The position numbers and the translations under genes are program-made. A stretch of DNA of 46,961 bases from Chiloscyllium plagiosum (taxonomy: Eukaryota): contig NC_057752.1 of assembly GCF_004010195.1 (NCBI RefSeq), forward strand, positions 2,313,750 through 2,360,710, in the 5' to 3' direction. The notes beneath the pieces are model-generated. The model saw only the letters and a list, made by a program, of their open reading frames with translations. It was not told the DNA's origin and ran no database searches. This document shows positions 37,512 through 46,961 of the stretch, piece after piece (the stretch's first letter is position 1; each line of letters opens with the position of its first letter).

Positions 37512-37765
37512 AGTTATAGAGATGTCCAGCACAGAAACAGATCCTTCAGTCCAACCTAACCTAATCTAGCCCCATTTGCCAGCACTTGGCCAATATCCCT
37601 CTAAACCCTTCCTGTTTATATACCATCCAGATACCTTTTAAATGCTGTAATTGAACCAGTCCCCACCGCTTCCTCTGGCAGCTCATTCCATACGCGCACC
37701 ACCCTCTGTGTGAAAAAGTTGCCCTCAGGTCCATTTTAAATTTTTCCCCTCTCACCTTAAACTGC
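37512..37765 (-). mobile_element. CR1 3' fragment
   Basis: Homologous to 27930-28210. Confidence 0.88.
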
Positions 37766-37834
37766 ATGTTCATTATTATTCCTTTAAAGGTGTCCCCATT
37801 GTCTTCTATTGACAAACCGCCTTCTTTAATTCAA

Positions 37835-38355
37835 CCAAAACATAAATTGCTGGAGAAACTCAGCAGGTCTGGCAGCATCTGTGGAGAGAACACAGAGTTA
37901 ATGTTTCAGGTCCAGTGACCCTTCTTCAGAATTGGTAGTAGCTAGGGAAAAGGTGGCAGATATGCTGAAGACAGGGGCTGGGGGTATAGGAGTGAGTGGA
38001 GAGGTGGAGATGTAGTGCAGACAGAGAGAGAATGGCAGTTCAGCAGGCAATGGGATGGATAATGATAAGCTGGGGAGAAAGAAAAGCTGCTAATGGGGAC
38101 CATGAGCGGGTGAGAATGGGCTGGTCGGGCTGAGAGCAGCCCATGTGATGACAGGACCTGGGGTGTGAGGATGAGTAAAGCACATGGATGGAGATGTTAC
38201 GGCCCGAAAACTATTGATCCTGATGTTGAGTCCACAAGGCTGCAGGGTCCCCGAGTGGAAAATGAGGTGCTGATCTTCACCGGAGCGGTGCAGCAATCCC
38301 AATACGGAGATGTTGGCGGTGTGTTAAAGTGTTGGGCAGCCAGAGGCTCAGGGTG
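37835..38355 (-). mobile_element. Penelope-like element 3' part: GIY-YIG C-terminus plus hammerhead-bearing terminus
   Basis: EDQHLIFHSGTLQPCGLNI (PLE endonuclease C-terminal motif); CTGAAGAAGGGTCACTGGACCTGAAACATTAACT at ~37896-37929. Confidence 0.85.
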
Positions 38356-38484
38356 TTCCTGGCGGATTCAGAGCTGTCTGATCCATTTGCTTTAATCATT
38401 CGACGATTTCTTTAAATTGAGTTCTTTTAATGTTATTCACTCTATTCTGGTCTGAAACCTGTTGATGCTGGGTCAAGTTAACAC

Positions 38485-38830
38485 CATAAGATACAGAAGC
38501 AGAATTTGGCCATTTGGCCCATCGAGTCTGTTTCACCATTCAATCATAGCTGATATATTTCTCAACCCCATTCTCTTGCCTTCTCCCCATAACCCTTGAT
38601 CCCCTTAGCAATCAAGAACTTATCTATCTCTATCTTAAATACATTCAATGACTTAGCCTCCACAGCCCTCTGTAGAAATGGGTTCCACAGATTCCTTACC
38701 CTCTGACTGAAGAAATTCCTCCTCATCTCAGTTCTGAAGGGTCGTCCCTTCCCTCTGAGGCTGTGTCCTTGGGTCCTAGTCTCTCCTACCAGTGGAAACA
38801 TCTTCTCTACATCCACTCTATCCAGGCCTC
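38485..38830 (-). mobile_element. CR1 3' fragment
   Basis: GLDRVDVEKMFPLVGETRT..FRTEMRRNFFSQRV. Confidence 0.92.
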
Positions 38831-39014
38831 TGTTAGGTATTGTCCTGCGGCTCCCTGTGCACACTCAGGCATAGTGTGGGTCATGTGTGTATGTTTTTTA
38901 AATGAACTCTTGTTCCTTAAACATTTGAATTTTCCCCATTTACATTAGTCTGGTTGAAGGTGCGCATGAAAGTCATTAATGCACTGCAAAAGAGGTTGCT
39001 AATAAGAACCCCCT

Positions 39015-39257
39015 CCCCTGAGAAAAGGAACCGGAAGTGACCTCACCACAGGAAATTACATCACCAACCAAAAGAAATGCAAAGTGACCTCACCACAGGA
39101 AATGACATCACCAACCCAAAGAAATGCAAACATATACATGGAAAGCAGGAATTTTTAGCATTGATTCGCCTGAGGCACACTGAAGATATTATCTAGTAGG
39201 GTAACGAAACGTCTGGAAATGAACCTTTCAGCTCAACGAGCAAACCTGCATCCAAAA
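39015..39257 (+). mobile_element. PLE family D terminus with a 47-bp tandem duplication and a hammerhead motif
   Basis: Duplicated unit starts at 39035 and 39082; CTGAAGA-T-ATTATCTAGTAGGGTAAC-GAAACGTC at 39180-39213. Confidence 0.7.
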
Positions 39258-39524
39258 GAAGTCCTATTTTGAGGTCCTTGAAGGAAAGACCTGGTTACAG
39301 GAACTGCTGGGCATTTATTAGAAAAAGTGTTTTCTGCAGGCAGGACATAATTCCAAAAGGCAGAATCCAGAACACTGGACACATTGAAGAAACAGAGTTG
39401 CTGCAGAGGGGAGCTGATGGCTTCAGTTAGTGGGATGGGTGCAAGTAAATGGGACAAAAATTCTTCTTCACCCGAAACCATCTCATGAGTGAACACCTAA
39501 AATTGGTTCAGTAAGTTTTATAAC

Positions 39525-39975
39525 AAAACAAAGAAAGACTGTGGATACTGGAGATCTGAAAGAAATCCAGAGAACGCTGGAGAAACTCAGCATAGCTGGC
39601 AGCATCTGTGGAGAGAGAAACAGTGTTAACGTTTCGAGTCCAATGACTCTCTGTCAGAACTAAAAGCAGCTGAGAAATGGTGGTATTTACACTGCTGGCA
39701 GGGAGCGGGGGAGGAAGGAGTGAGCCAAATAGTGCCCAAAGAGAGGGGGAGCAACTGGAGAAGCAGACAAAAGGATTGCTGATGATAAGCTAGGTGAGAG
39801 GTAAATGCTGATAGGAAGTGTGAATAGTGGAAAATGGGTTGGCTATACTGGAAACAGGATGGAGGTGTGTGGATGGATGATCAACATGGAGGGAGGTCTT
39901 TGCACTCTGAAATTGTTAAACTCAATGTTAAGTCCTGAGGACTGTAAGGTACCTGGGCAGGAAGTGAGGTGTTGT
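39525..39975 (-). mobile_element. Penelope-like element 3' part (family B)
   Basis: QHLTSCPGTLQSSGLNIEFNNFR; hammerhead-like CTGACAGA-GAGTC-ATTG-GACTC-GAAACGTT at 39628-39657. Confidence 0.82.
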
Positions 39976-40159
39976 AAATGTTATACAGTTTTTGTCAAGT
40001 GTTGTGATGGTTCCAAGCTAATCTCCCAGTTAGATTTAGTAATGTTACTTCATTGCCATTGCAGTTCATATGAAGTACCATCCTCACTGTGCTGAATATT
40101 TTCAGTGCTCCATGCTTTCCTCTATCCCTGCCTTCACCCTCCCACATCATTCCAACCCA

Positions 40160-40750
40160 ATCATAGACTCATAGAGATGTATAGCACGGAAACAGATCCT
40201 TCGGTCCAACCTGTCCATGCTGACCAGATATCCCAACCCAATCTAGTCCCACCTGCCAGCACCCAACCCAAATCCCTCCAAACCCTTCCTATTCATATAC
40301 CTTTCAAATGTTGCAATTGTCCCCGCCTCCACCATTTTCTTTGGCAACTCATTCCATACACGTACCATCCTCTGCGTGAAATAGTTGCCCCTTAGGTCTC
40401 TTTTATATCTTTCCCCACTCACCTCTAAACATATGCCCTCTAGATCTGGACCCTCCCACCCCAGGGAAAATACTTTGTCTATTTAGTCTACCCATGCCTC
40501 TCATAATAATTTTGTAAACCTCTATAAAGTCACCCCTCAGCCTCTGACGCTCCGGGGAAAACAGCCCCAGTCTGTTCAGTCTCTCCCTATAGCTCAAACC
40601 CTCCAGACCTGGCAACATCCTTGTAAATCTTTTCTGAACCTCTTCAAGTTCCACAACATCTTCCCGATAGAAAGGAGACCAGAATTGCACACAATATTCC
40701 AACAGTGGCCTAACCAATGTCCTGTACAGCCGCAACATGACCTCCCAATC
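40160..40750 (-). mobile_element. CR1/HER1 3' fragment
   Basis: WEVMLRLYRTLVRPLLEYCVQFWSP. Confidence 0.93.
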
Positions 40751-41067
40751 TCCTGTACTCTTGTGCATCCTGGTGAAATTGTTCTGATGAATCATTATAA
40801 ATCTTTGCCGTGTCACAGAAATGGAATGTTCCATGGGCACGTTTATTCTCTTGCTCACTGCTGGACAAGTAAAGACTGAGAGGCATGAAGCAAGGGAAGC
40901 ATTTGAGTCGCCAGCAGGAAAGGAAATTGTGTGCAATTTAAAGCAATGATACCCGACTCTCGATTTGCTAAAGTGCTTTCATCTGAAAAATAAATGAGTT
41001 GCACAGCAGTGAGCTCCAGTCCAAAAGAGCAACCTCCCAAAGTATGCAGCACACATCGCTGAAATAT

Positions 41068-41245
41068 AAAACAAAAAGCAAAAGAACGGCGGATGCTGTA
41101 AATCAGAAGCAAAGACAGAAATTGCTGGAGAAGCTCAGCAGGTCTGGCAGCATCTGTGGAGAGAAATCAGAGTTAACATTTCACCGCACCCGAAACATTA
41201 ACTCTGATTTCTCTCCAGAGATGCTGCCAGACCTGCTCTTTCAGC
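41068..41245. mobile_element. Palindromic PLE family B short element
   Basis: gcaggtctggcagcatctgtggagagaaatcagagttaacatttc / gaaacattaactctgatttctctccagagatgctgccagacctgc inverted pair; ribozyme cores deleted at the centre. Confidence 0.8.
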
Positions 41246-42164
41246 TTTTGTCACTGAAATATTACTCTGCCTATTAACCCATGACTTTTGGAATTTAATG
41301 TGCACGTGCATTAGCTGCCAAAAATGATTTTGCCTGTGCACTTTTCCATACATTATATAACATAACTAAGATGGGCTCTTGTGGTGCTGTGGTAGCGTCA
41401 CTCCCTCTGAGCCAGGAGACCTGAGTTCAAGTCCAGAGGTGTGGTATAACATCTCTGAACAGCTTGATTAGAAATACCATGAACAGAATTAAAATGGATA
41501 CAGTCTTTGGAAGGCAGTGGAGCTGATTTGAGCGATTGTTGGGAGACAGTCTAGATGTTGCAAGCTTCATTCCAAATGTCTGCTTCCTTGTCCCAAACAC
41601 GTGGTACACAGATGTCAACCCCCAATGGATAGATTCAGTCTTTACACATTACTGTCACATTTTTGGTTCAGTTTGAAAGATAACTCTTCCAATCATTTAT
41701 CAAGCCTCCTTTTAGACCCTTCTCTGTCAATATTCCTATTTCTGCAAGGTCCTTCAGTTGGGTGAGTCCCAACAATCTTAAAAACCAAGCTTATCCTGCT
41801 GAACCTGCTCCCTGTAGATCCTTGAAACCTTCATCCAACAGGATGCAAATATTCCAGTTGAAATGAGGTAATGTGGAGGTTAGAGGTTCAGTAAAGTACA
41901 TCATTTACTAGATGAGTGTATTATCAACTAACTTTATTAATCTCATCATTTGAATTCCTCAGAAACAAAAATAACATCCTAAAGTGAACTGGACTTGCTT
42001 TGTGCTTCAGAAGCAGAGTAGACTGGAAGTGATCTAGTTCTTCTGATGGAAGGGTTTGCTGACATCTTGTGATAAACTCCATCCATAAGGATATAAAGGA
42101 CTGTTCCTAGATGGAGGTGGAACCAGTGTGTTCCAGTTTTACTGTACCAGTTACAAGCTAAGAT

Positions 42165-42560
42165 TAAGTTGAGAAGAATGAGAGGTGACCTTATTGAAAC
42201 ATACAGGATTCTTGGGGGATTTGACAAGGGAGATGTGGAGTGGTTGTTTCCCCTTGAGGGAGAGTCTGGGACCAGAGGTATCATCTCAGAACAAGGGGTT
42301 GCCCATAGAAGACAGAGATGAGGAGGAATTTTTCTCTGAGGGCAGTGAATGTGTTGAATTCTTTACCACAGAGGGCTATCGAGGCTGGGTCATTAAGTGT
42401 ATTCGAGGCTGAGATCGACAGATTTTTAATCAGTAAGGGGAATCAAAGGTAATAGGGGACAAAGCAGGAAAGTGGAGTCAGAGATTATCAGATCTTATTG
42501 AGTGATGGAGCAGACTCGATGGGCAGAATGGTCTACTTCTGCTCCTACATCTTGTGATCT
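42165..42560 (+). mobile_element. CR1 3' fragment
   Basis: agaagaatgagaggtgaccttattgaaacatac; 3' UTR present. Confidence 0.88.
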
Positions 42561-42579
42561 AAGTCTCAGTCAACCATTG

Positions 42580-42935
42580 CCCCTGTGCTCATTGGTCAAC
42601 AGTGTCTCCCAGTCTGTTACTACCTCCATTTTAAAGTTCACATCCATGTCTTTAATAGACTCGACGGGCTAACTTCTCCCTCCATCCATCGACACCTCCA
42701 GCCCAAAGCCCTTCTGATATCCAGGCCTCCTCAAATTCAGTCCTCTTACACATCCCCAATTTCTATCACCATTGGTGACCTTGTCTTTAGCTGCTTGGAT
42801 GTTAAATTATGAAATCCCTTCACTCCCCAAACTGCTCTGCCTCCCTCTTCTCCTTGAAAAGCCCTCCTTAAAATCTACGTCTTTGACTGAGTTTGAGGTC
42901 AGCCGCCCTTCTATCATCGTGTGGTTCAGTGTCAG
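42580..42935 (+). mobile_element. L2-like LINE 3' remnant
   Basis: LHFKVHIHVFNRLDGLTSP..IGDLVFSC resembles the L2 ORF2 C-terminus (FKILLLVFKALHGLAP..GGRAFS). Confidence 0.6.
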
Positions 42936-43119
42936 GCTTCAACAGGTTTGGTTCGCAAGTTCACAAAGTTACAATACCTCAGAAAGAATGATTGCTCAGC
43001 ATTAGTTGGGACGTTGCTTAATTTAATAATTTGATGATTATTTGGGAATATAGCAAGTATGGATGAGAAGGTTAGTTCTATCACATTAGAATGCCTCTTT
43101 GTGACAGGTATACTGAATC

Positions 43120-43648
43120 AATGAATTGTTACAGTGCTGAAAGAGGCCATTCAGCCCATTATTCCTGCAACAGCTCTTCAAACAGGCATCATACCCTAAT
43201 GCCAATCCCCTGCCTGTTCCCCATTTCTATCCCAATAACCAGTCAATGCCCCTCTTGAATGGAACCTGCCTCCCCCACATTCCAGACTCTAACTACTCGC
43301 TGGGTGAGGATTTCCTCACCTCCCCCTCACTTCATCCCCTTCAATCTCTGACCCTCTCGTTCCTGTTCCTTTTCCATGTGGGAACAGTTTCTCCCGATCT
43401 ACTCTGTCCAGCCCCCTCTCCCCATGATGTTGGAACCCTCTCTCAGATCTCCCTCTCAGCCTCCTTCTCCCCAAGGAGAACAGTCCCAATGTCTTCAATC
43501 TCTCCTCCTCACTGAAGTTTCTCATCCCTGGAACCATTCTGATAAATCCCTTCAGCCCTCTCTCTCCAATGTGTTCACATCGTTCCTATAGTGTGGGGCC
43601 CACAACTGGACACAACCCTCCAGCTGAGGTCTAACAAGGGTCTTAGAC
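43120..43648 (-). mobile_element. Old CR1 3' fragment
   Basis: MVPGMRNFSEEERLKTLGLFSLGRRRLRG. Confidence 0.88.
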
Positions 43649-44149
43649 TGTGGAAGTCTTACTGTTTGAAACCTTCTGAAGGGTGCGGGACCACTTCACA
43701 CACTGTGTATGAGCTTTATGCTTCTTCAAGAATCATTTTGTGAAGTAAAAATCTCCAAGAGGCACCTTTCCCCTTTTAAATTTCCCCACGGTGTGGCTTT
43801 ATTCTGCTTTCTGTTCCAGGCGGTGGTTTGTCTAGAAGTGCGTTTGGTTTGACTTTCAAGCAATGTTTTGCAGAATTGCAGGCCAACGTTTGCCTTTTGT
43901 CAGCGGCTGTGGTTTGTTGAAAAGAATGGTCAGGCTGGTTAAAGGGATGAATGCATTTCACAGAACCATGCTGCTGTGCACCAGGGAAAAGCCAGCAGCG
44001 AGGAGATGTCACACTGTTTCTGCTCCTACCTCAGATGCGCAGAAGGAACGCCCCGTTTTGATGCAGGACACAGAGTGGATTCTGAATAAACAGGATGCCA
44101 CACTGCCCCACCCTTCTGGGTCTTTCTGATGGCCCACAGTGTGCGTTCT

Positions 44150-44420
44150 CTTTCTAATTGCAGCTTGCCCGGTGAGCCCCCTGCGAAAGGCCGGGCAATG
44201 GGAGGCTGCAGCGCTGAGGTATCAGAGGGACTGTGAGAGAGGGGATGACATCAGGAAGGAAGTGAGGCATCTGCAGTGCCCACGTGCTGGAGCCTTGGCG
44301 CTGACGCAGCACTTTGGCCAAGCTGCCTGCGAGGGGGTAACCACGGCACCACCTGCTGGAGAGACTGGCATTCGCCACCTCTTAAAGGGACACCCCGCAC
44401 AGAATCGTTGCGGGCATGAC
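44150..44420. promoter_or_regulatory. GC/CpG-enriched candidate enhancer or insulator
   Basis: TGACATCA next to GGAAGGAAGT, CACGTG, TGACGCA, and CTCF-like CCAGCAGGTGGTGC on the minus strand (44346-44359). Confidence 0.5.
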
Positions 44421-44427
44421 TTTCTGA

Positions 44428-44530
44428 TTCTGAGCAAGGGGTGGCCGCACCTGAAACGTTAACTCTGCTTTCTCTCCACAGATGCTGCCAGACCTGCTGA
44501 GCTTTTCCAGCGACTTTTGTTTTGGTTTTG
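44428..44530 (+). mobile_element. PLE family B terminal fragment
   Basis: ttctgagcaaggggtggccgcacctGAAACGTTAACTCT followed by cagatgctgccagacctgctg. Confidence 0.75.
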
Positions 44531-44566
44531 GGTATCTTTCTCTAATCTGCCGATGTTCGGATTTAC

Positions 44567-44712
44567 AAAGTTAAAAATCACACGACACCAGGCTATAGTC
44601 CAACAGGTTTATTTGGAAGCACTAGCTTTTGGACCACCTCTCCTTCATCAGGTGGCTGTGGAGAATAAGATTGTAAGACACAATTTATAGCAAATGTTTA
44701 CAGTGTGATGTT
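44567..44712 (-). mobile_element. PLE family C terminus with a degenerate hammerhead (AGCU palindrome)
   Basis: cacCTGATGAAGGAGAGGTGGTCCAAAAGCTAgtg at 44620-44654. Confidence 0.65.
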
Positions 44713-44885
44713 CAGATTGAGAGTGAGGCTTACTCTAGTGGTTTCAAAGCTCACTGGACATTGTTATTCGATTTGAACTGGGTTAACAGCTTTCTTGAAA
44801 GATGTATGTTAGAAATTGGAGCAGGATTAGACCATTCGGCCCCTCAAGCCTACTCCACCATTCAATGTGAACTTATTAATCAGGG

Positions 44886-45072
44886 TTGAGAGTGTGGTTG
44901 GGAAAAGCACAACAGGTCAGGCAGCATCCAAGGAGCAGGAGAGTTGATGTTTCGGGCATAAGCCCTTCATCAGGAATGCCTGAAATGTCGATTCTCCTGC
45001 TCCTCGGATGCTGCCTAACCAGCACTACACTCTCCACTCTGAGCTCCAGCATCTGCAGTCCTCACTTTCTCC
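44886..45072. mobile_element. Palindromic PLE family A element
   Basis: Inverted arms; minus-strand CTGATGAAGGGCTTATGCCCGAAACATC at 44946-44973. Confidence 0.8.
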
Positions 45073-45074
45073 AT

Positions 45075-46470
45075 ATTGTTCAGGGGTCTTTTCCATCTGC
45101 TCCCTACACCCCTCGATTCTGTGATATCAAAAATCTGTCTCTTTCAGTCTTAAATGTATTCATGAGGGATCATCCACAACCCTCAGGGGTACAGGATCCC
45201 AGATATTCACCACCCTTTACCCAAAGAAATGTCTTGTCATCACAGTCCCAAACAATCAGCCCCTTCCCCTCAGACTGTGCTACACCTCTGGCAGTCAGGG
45301 GGAAACAATCTTTGGGTATCTATTCTGTCAGGATCCTTCAGAATCATGCCTGTTTTAGTGAGATTCCCTGTCATTCTTCCTAACTCCAGAGAATCCCCCC
45401 CCCCCCCCCCCCAGTTTACTCAGCCTCCTATTGTAGACCTCATCCCAGGGACTTTTGGACTGTGTCCAATGTAAATATATCTTTCCTTAAATCCAGCCCA
45501 AAATTGCACCCAGTATTCCAGGTGTGGTCTCACCAAAGCCTTTCCATTGTAACCAGACTCCATTATTCCTGTATTCTAATTCCCTGCAATAAAGGCCAAT
45601 GTGTCACGTGCCTTCCTAATTACTCACGGTACCTGCTTACTAACTTTCTGTGTAGCTTCTGTGAGTTACACCCAAGTCTCAACATGTTGAACATCAACAT
45701 TTACAACAAGAAACTGCCGTTTGCATCAAGTGTCTCTTTGCCGGTACTGTCTGGGGCTCAGCAAGCACAGTGAGGTCATGTGAAAAGAGCCCCTGTTTCT
45801 GCTTTTGTTTCAAACCTCCAGCATCCACCGTTCTTTGTTCTATCAACATTTACAACGTTCATCCCTTCGAAAAAAAACTCTTCTTTTCTAATCTTACAGC
45901 AAACTGAATAACCTCACATTTCACTAAATTATACTCCAGCTGCTGTTTTGTTGTCTACTCACTTAACCTCGAGAATATGTAGCTGAAAAAGCACAGTAGG
46001 GTTGGGAAGCATCCGAGGAGCAGGAGAATCAATGTTTCGGGCAAAAGTCCTTCATCAGGAAAGGCTTATGCCCGAAATGTCGATTCTCCTGCTCCTCGGA
46101 TGCTGCCTAACCTGCTGTGCCTTTCCAGCATCACACTCTCGATTCTGATCTTCAGCATCTGCGGGTCCTCACTTTCTCCATTCATTTAACCTGTCAGTAC
46201 TCCTTTGTAGCACTTCTGTATCTCCCTCACAGCTTACATTCCCAACTAACTTCCTCTGGGCAGCAAACTCACTGTCCTTTTATCAAAGTCATTAATGTAG
46301 ATTGTAAATAGTTGTGGTCCCAGAATGTTAATATATTCAGGAGCCCTCAGCCTGTCTATTAATCTTATTGAATGGTGTTTGGAAATCCAAGTACACCACA
46401 TCTACACATCCCCCTTTATCTACCTTACTAATTACATCCTTAGAAAAACAGACACATTTGGCAAACACAA
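45075..46470 (-). mobile_element. Old fragmented CR1 (starts ~44810) with later insertions
   Basis: cagtattccaggtgtggtctcacc; ttggaaatccaagtacaccacatctac (antisense of VDVVYLDFQ). Confidence 0.7.
45970..46179. mobile_element. Palindromic PLE family A element
   Basis: Inverted arms; imperfect TSD actcacttaacct / attcatttaacct; hammerhead-like motif at 46031-46058 on the minus strand. Confidence 0.8.
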
Positions 46471-46862
46471 TTTCTTCAAGGAAAAGCAGGTACAGTAAGG
46501 AAAAAGATTTAATCTGGTTTCATTTTATCCTGTCACTTCAGTGTCAGGTACAATGAGTCGAATCTTAGCATATTTTGTTCCATTTCAGGGAGGGTTTCTC
46601 TTTGCAAAGCTGAATGGGTTTCTTGTTTGAGCCATTTCTAACAATGGAGGTTCGACCGTGTCAGCTTCTTGGGATGAGTAGGCATTTCGGTTTCGATTTG
46701 GCTGGCTCTGAAACTGTCCCACTTCTGCACATCTGGGAGTGATCCATGGCTTTACAGCTACAGCATTTCTTTGGCATAGCTGGGCACTGTTTACACTTTG
46801 TCCTTCCTCAGTGCAGACACTGCTGCTGAACTAACTGGTAGTGTTGCCGGGCATCTGTGTCT

Positions 46863-46961
46863 GTGTGTCAGTATTTACAGGGGGGTCCCCGGGGGGAGGA
46901 GGGAGTGTGTCAGTATTTATAGGGGGGTCCCCGGGGGGAGTGAGTCAGTATTTACAGCAGG
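46863..46961 (+). repeat. G-rich minisatellite (~35-42 bp unit), running off the window end
   Basis: Repeated gtcagtattta(c/t)ag-Gn-tcccc-Gn-ag. Confidence 0.85.

Noticed and set aside
46585..46830. ~81-codon stop-free frame on the minus strand
   Set aside because: No start codon or good acceptor; this length is expected by chance in 47 kb
1..46961. CRISPR array or prokaryotic system
   Set aside because: No regularly spaced repeat-spacer array or operon structure; the sequence is vertebrate and repeat-rich

Overview
Repeat-dense, apparently non-genic (intronic or intergenic) vertebrate DNA. The repeat inventory (HE1-type V-SINEs, CR1/HER1-type LINE fragments, a Deu-domain SINE) points to a cartilaginous fish, probably a shark; this is an inference. 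I recognise no host protein-coding gene, and nearly all ORF-track entries are retroelement remnants or chance ORFs. Main contents: (1) a complete but decayed 6.8 kb Gmr1-like Ty3/gypsy provirus (6165-12992, minus strand, PR-INT-RT-RH order, GTGG target-site duplication) with a nested CR1 and a nested SINE, plus a related solo LTR; (2) about 20 CR1/L2 LINE fragments and several tRNA-derived SINE families; (3) the most interesting layer, about 12 minimal hammerhead-ribozyme motifs from at least four Penelope-like (PLE) families. Several of these are short palindromic insertions with TSDs, and one is a young ~1.5 kb composite with near-identical 131-bp inverted ribozyme-bearing arms around unrelated cargo and an assembly gap; (4) candidate cis-regulatory motifs (CTCF, RFX, CRE/ETS/E-box). 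Boundaries of old repeats are approximate and were read by eye.
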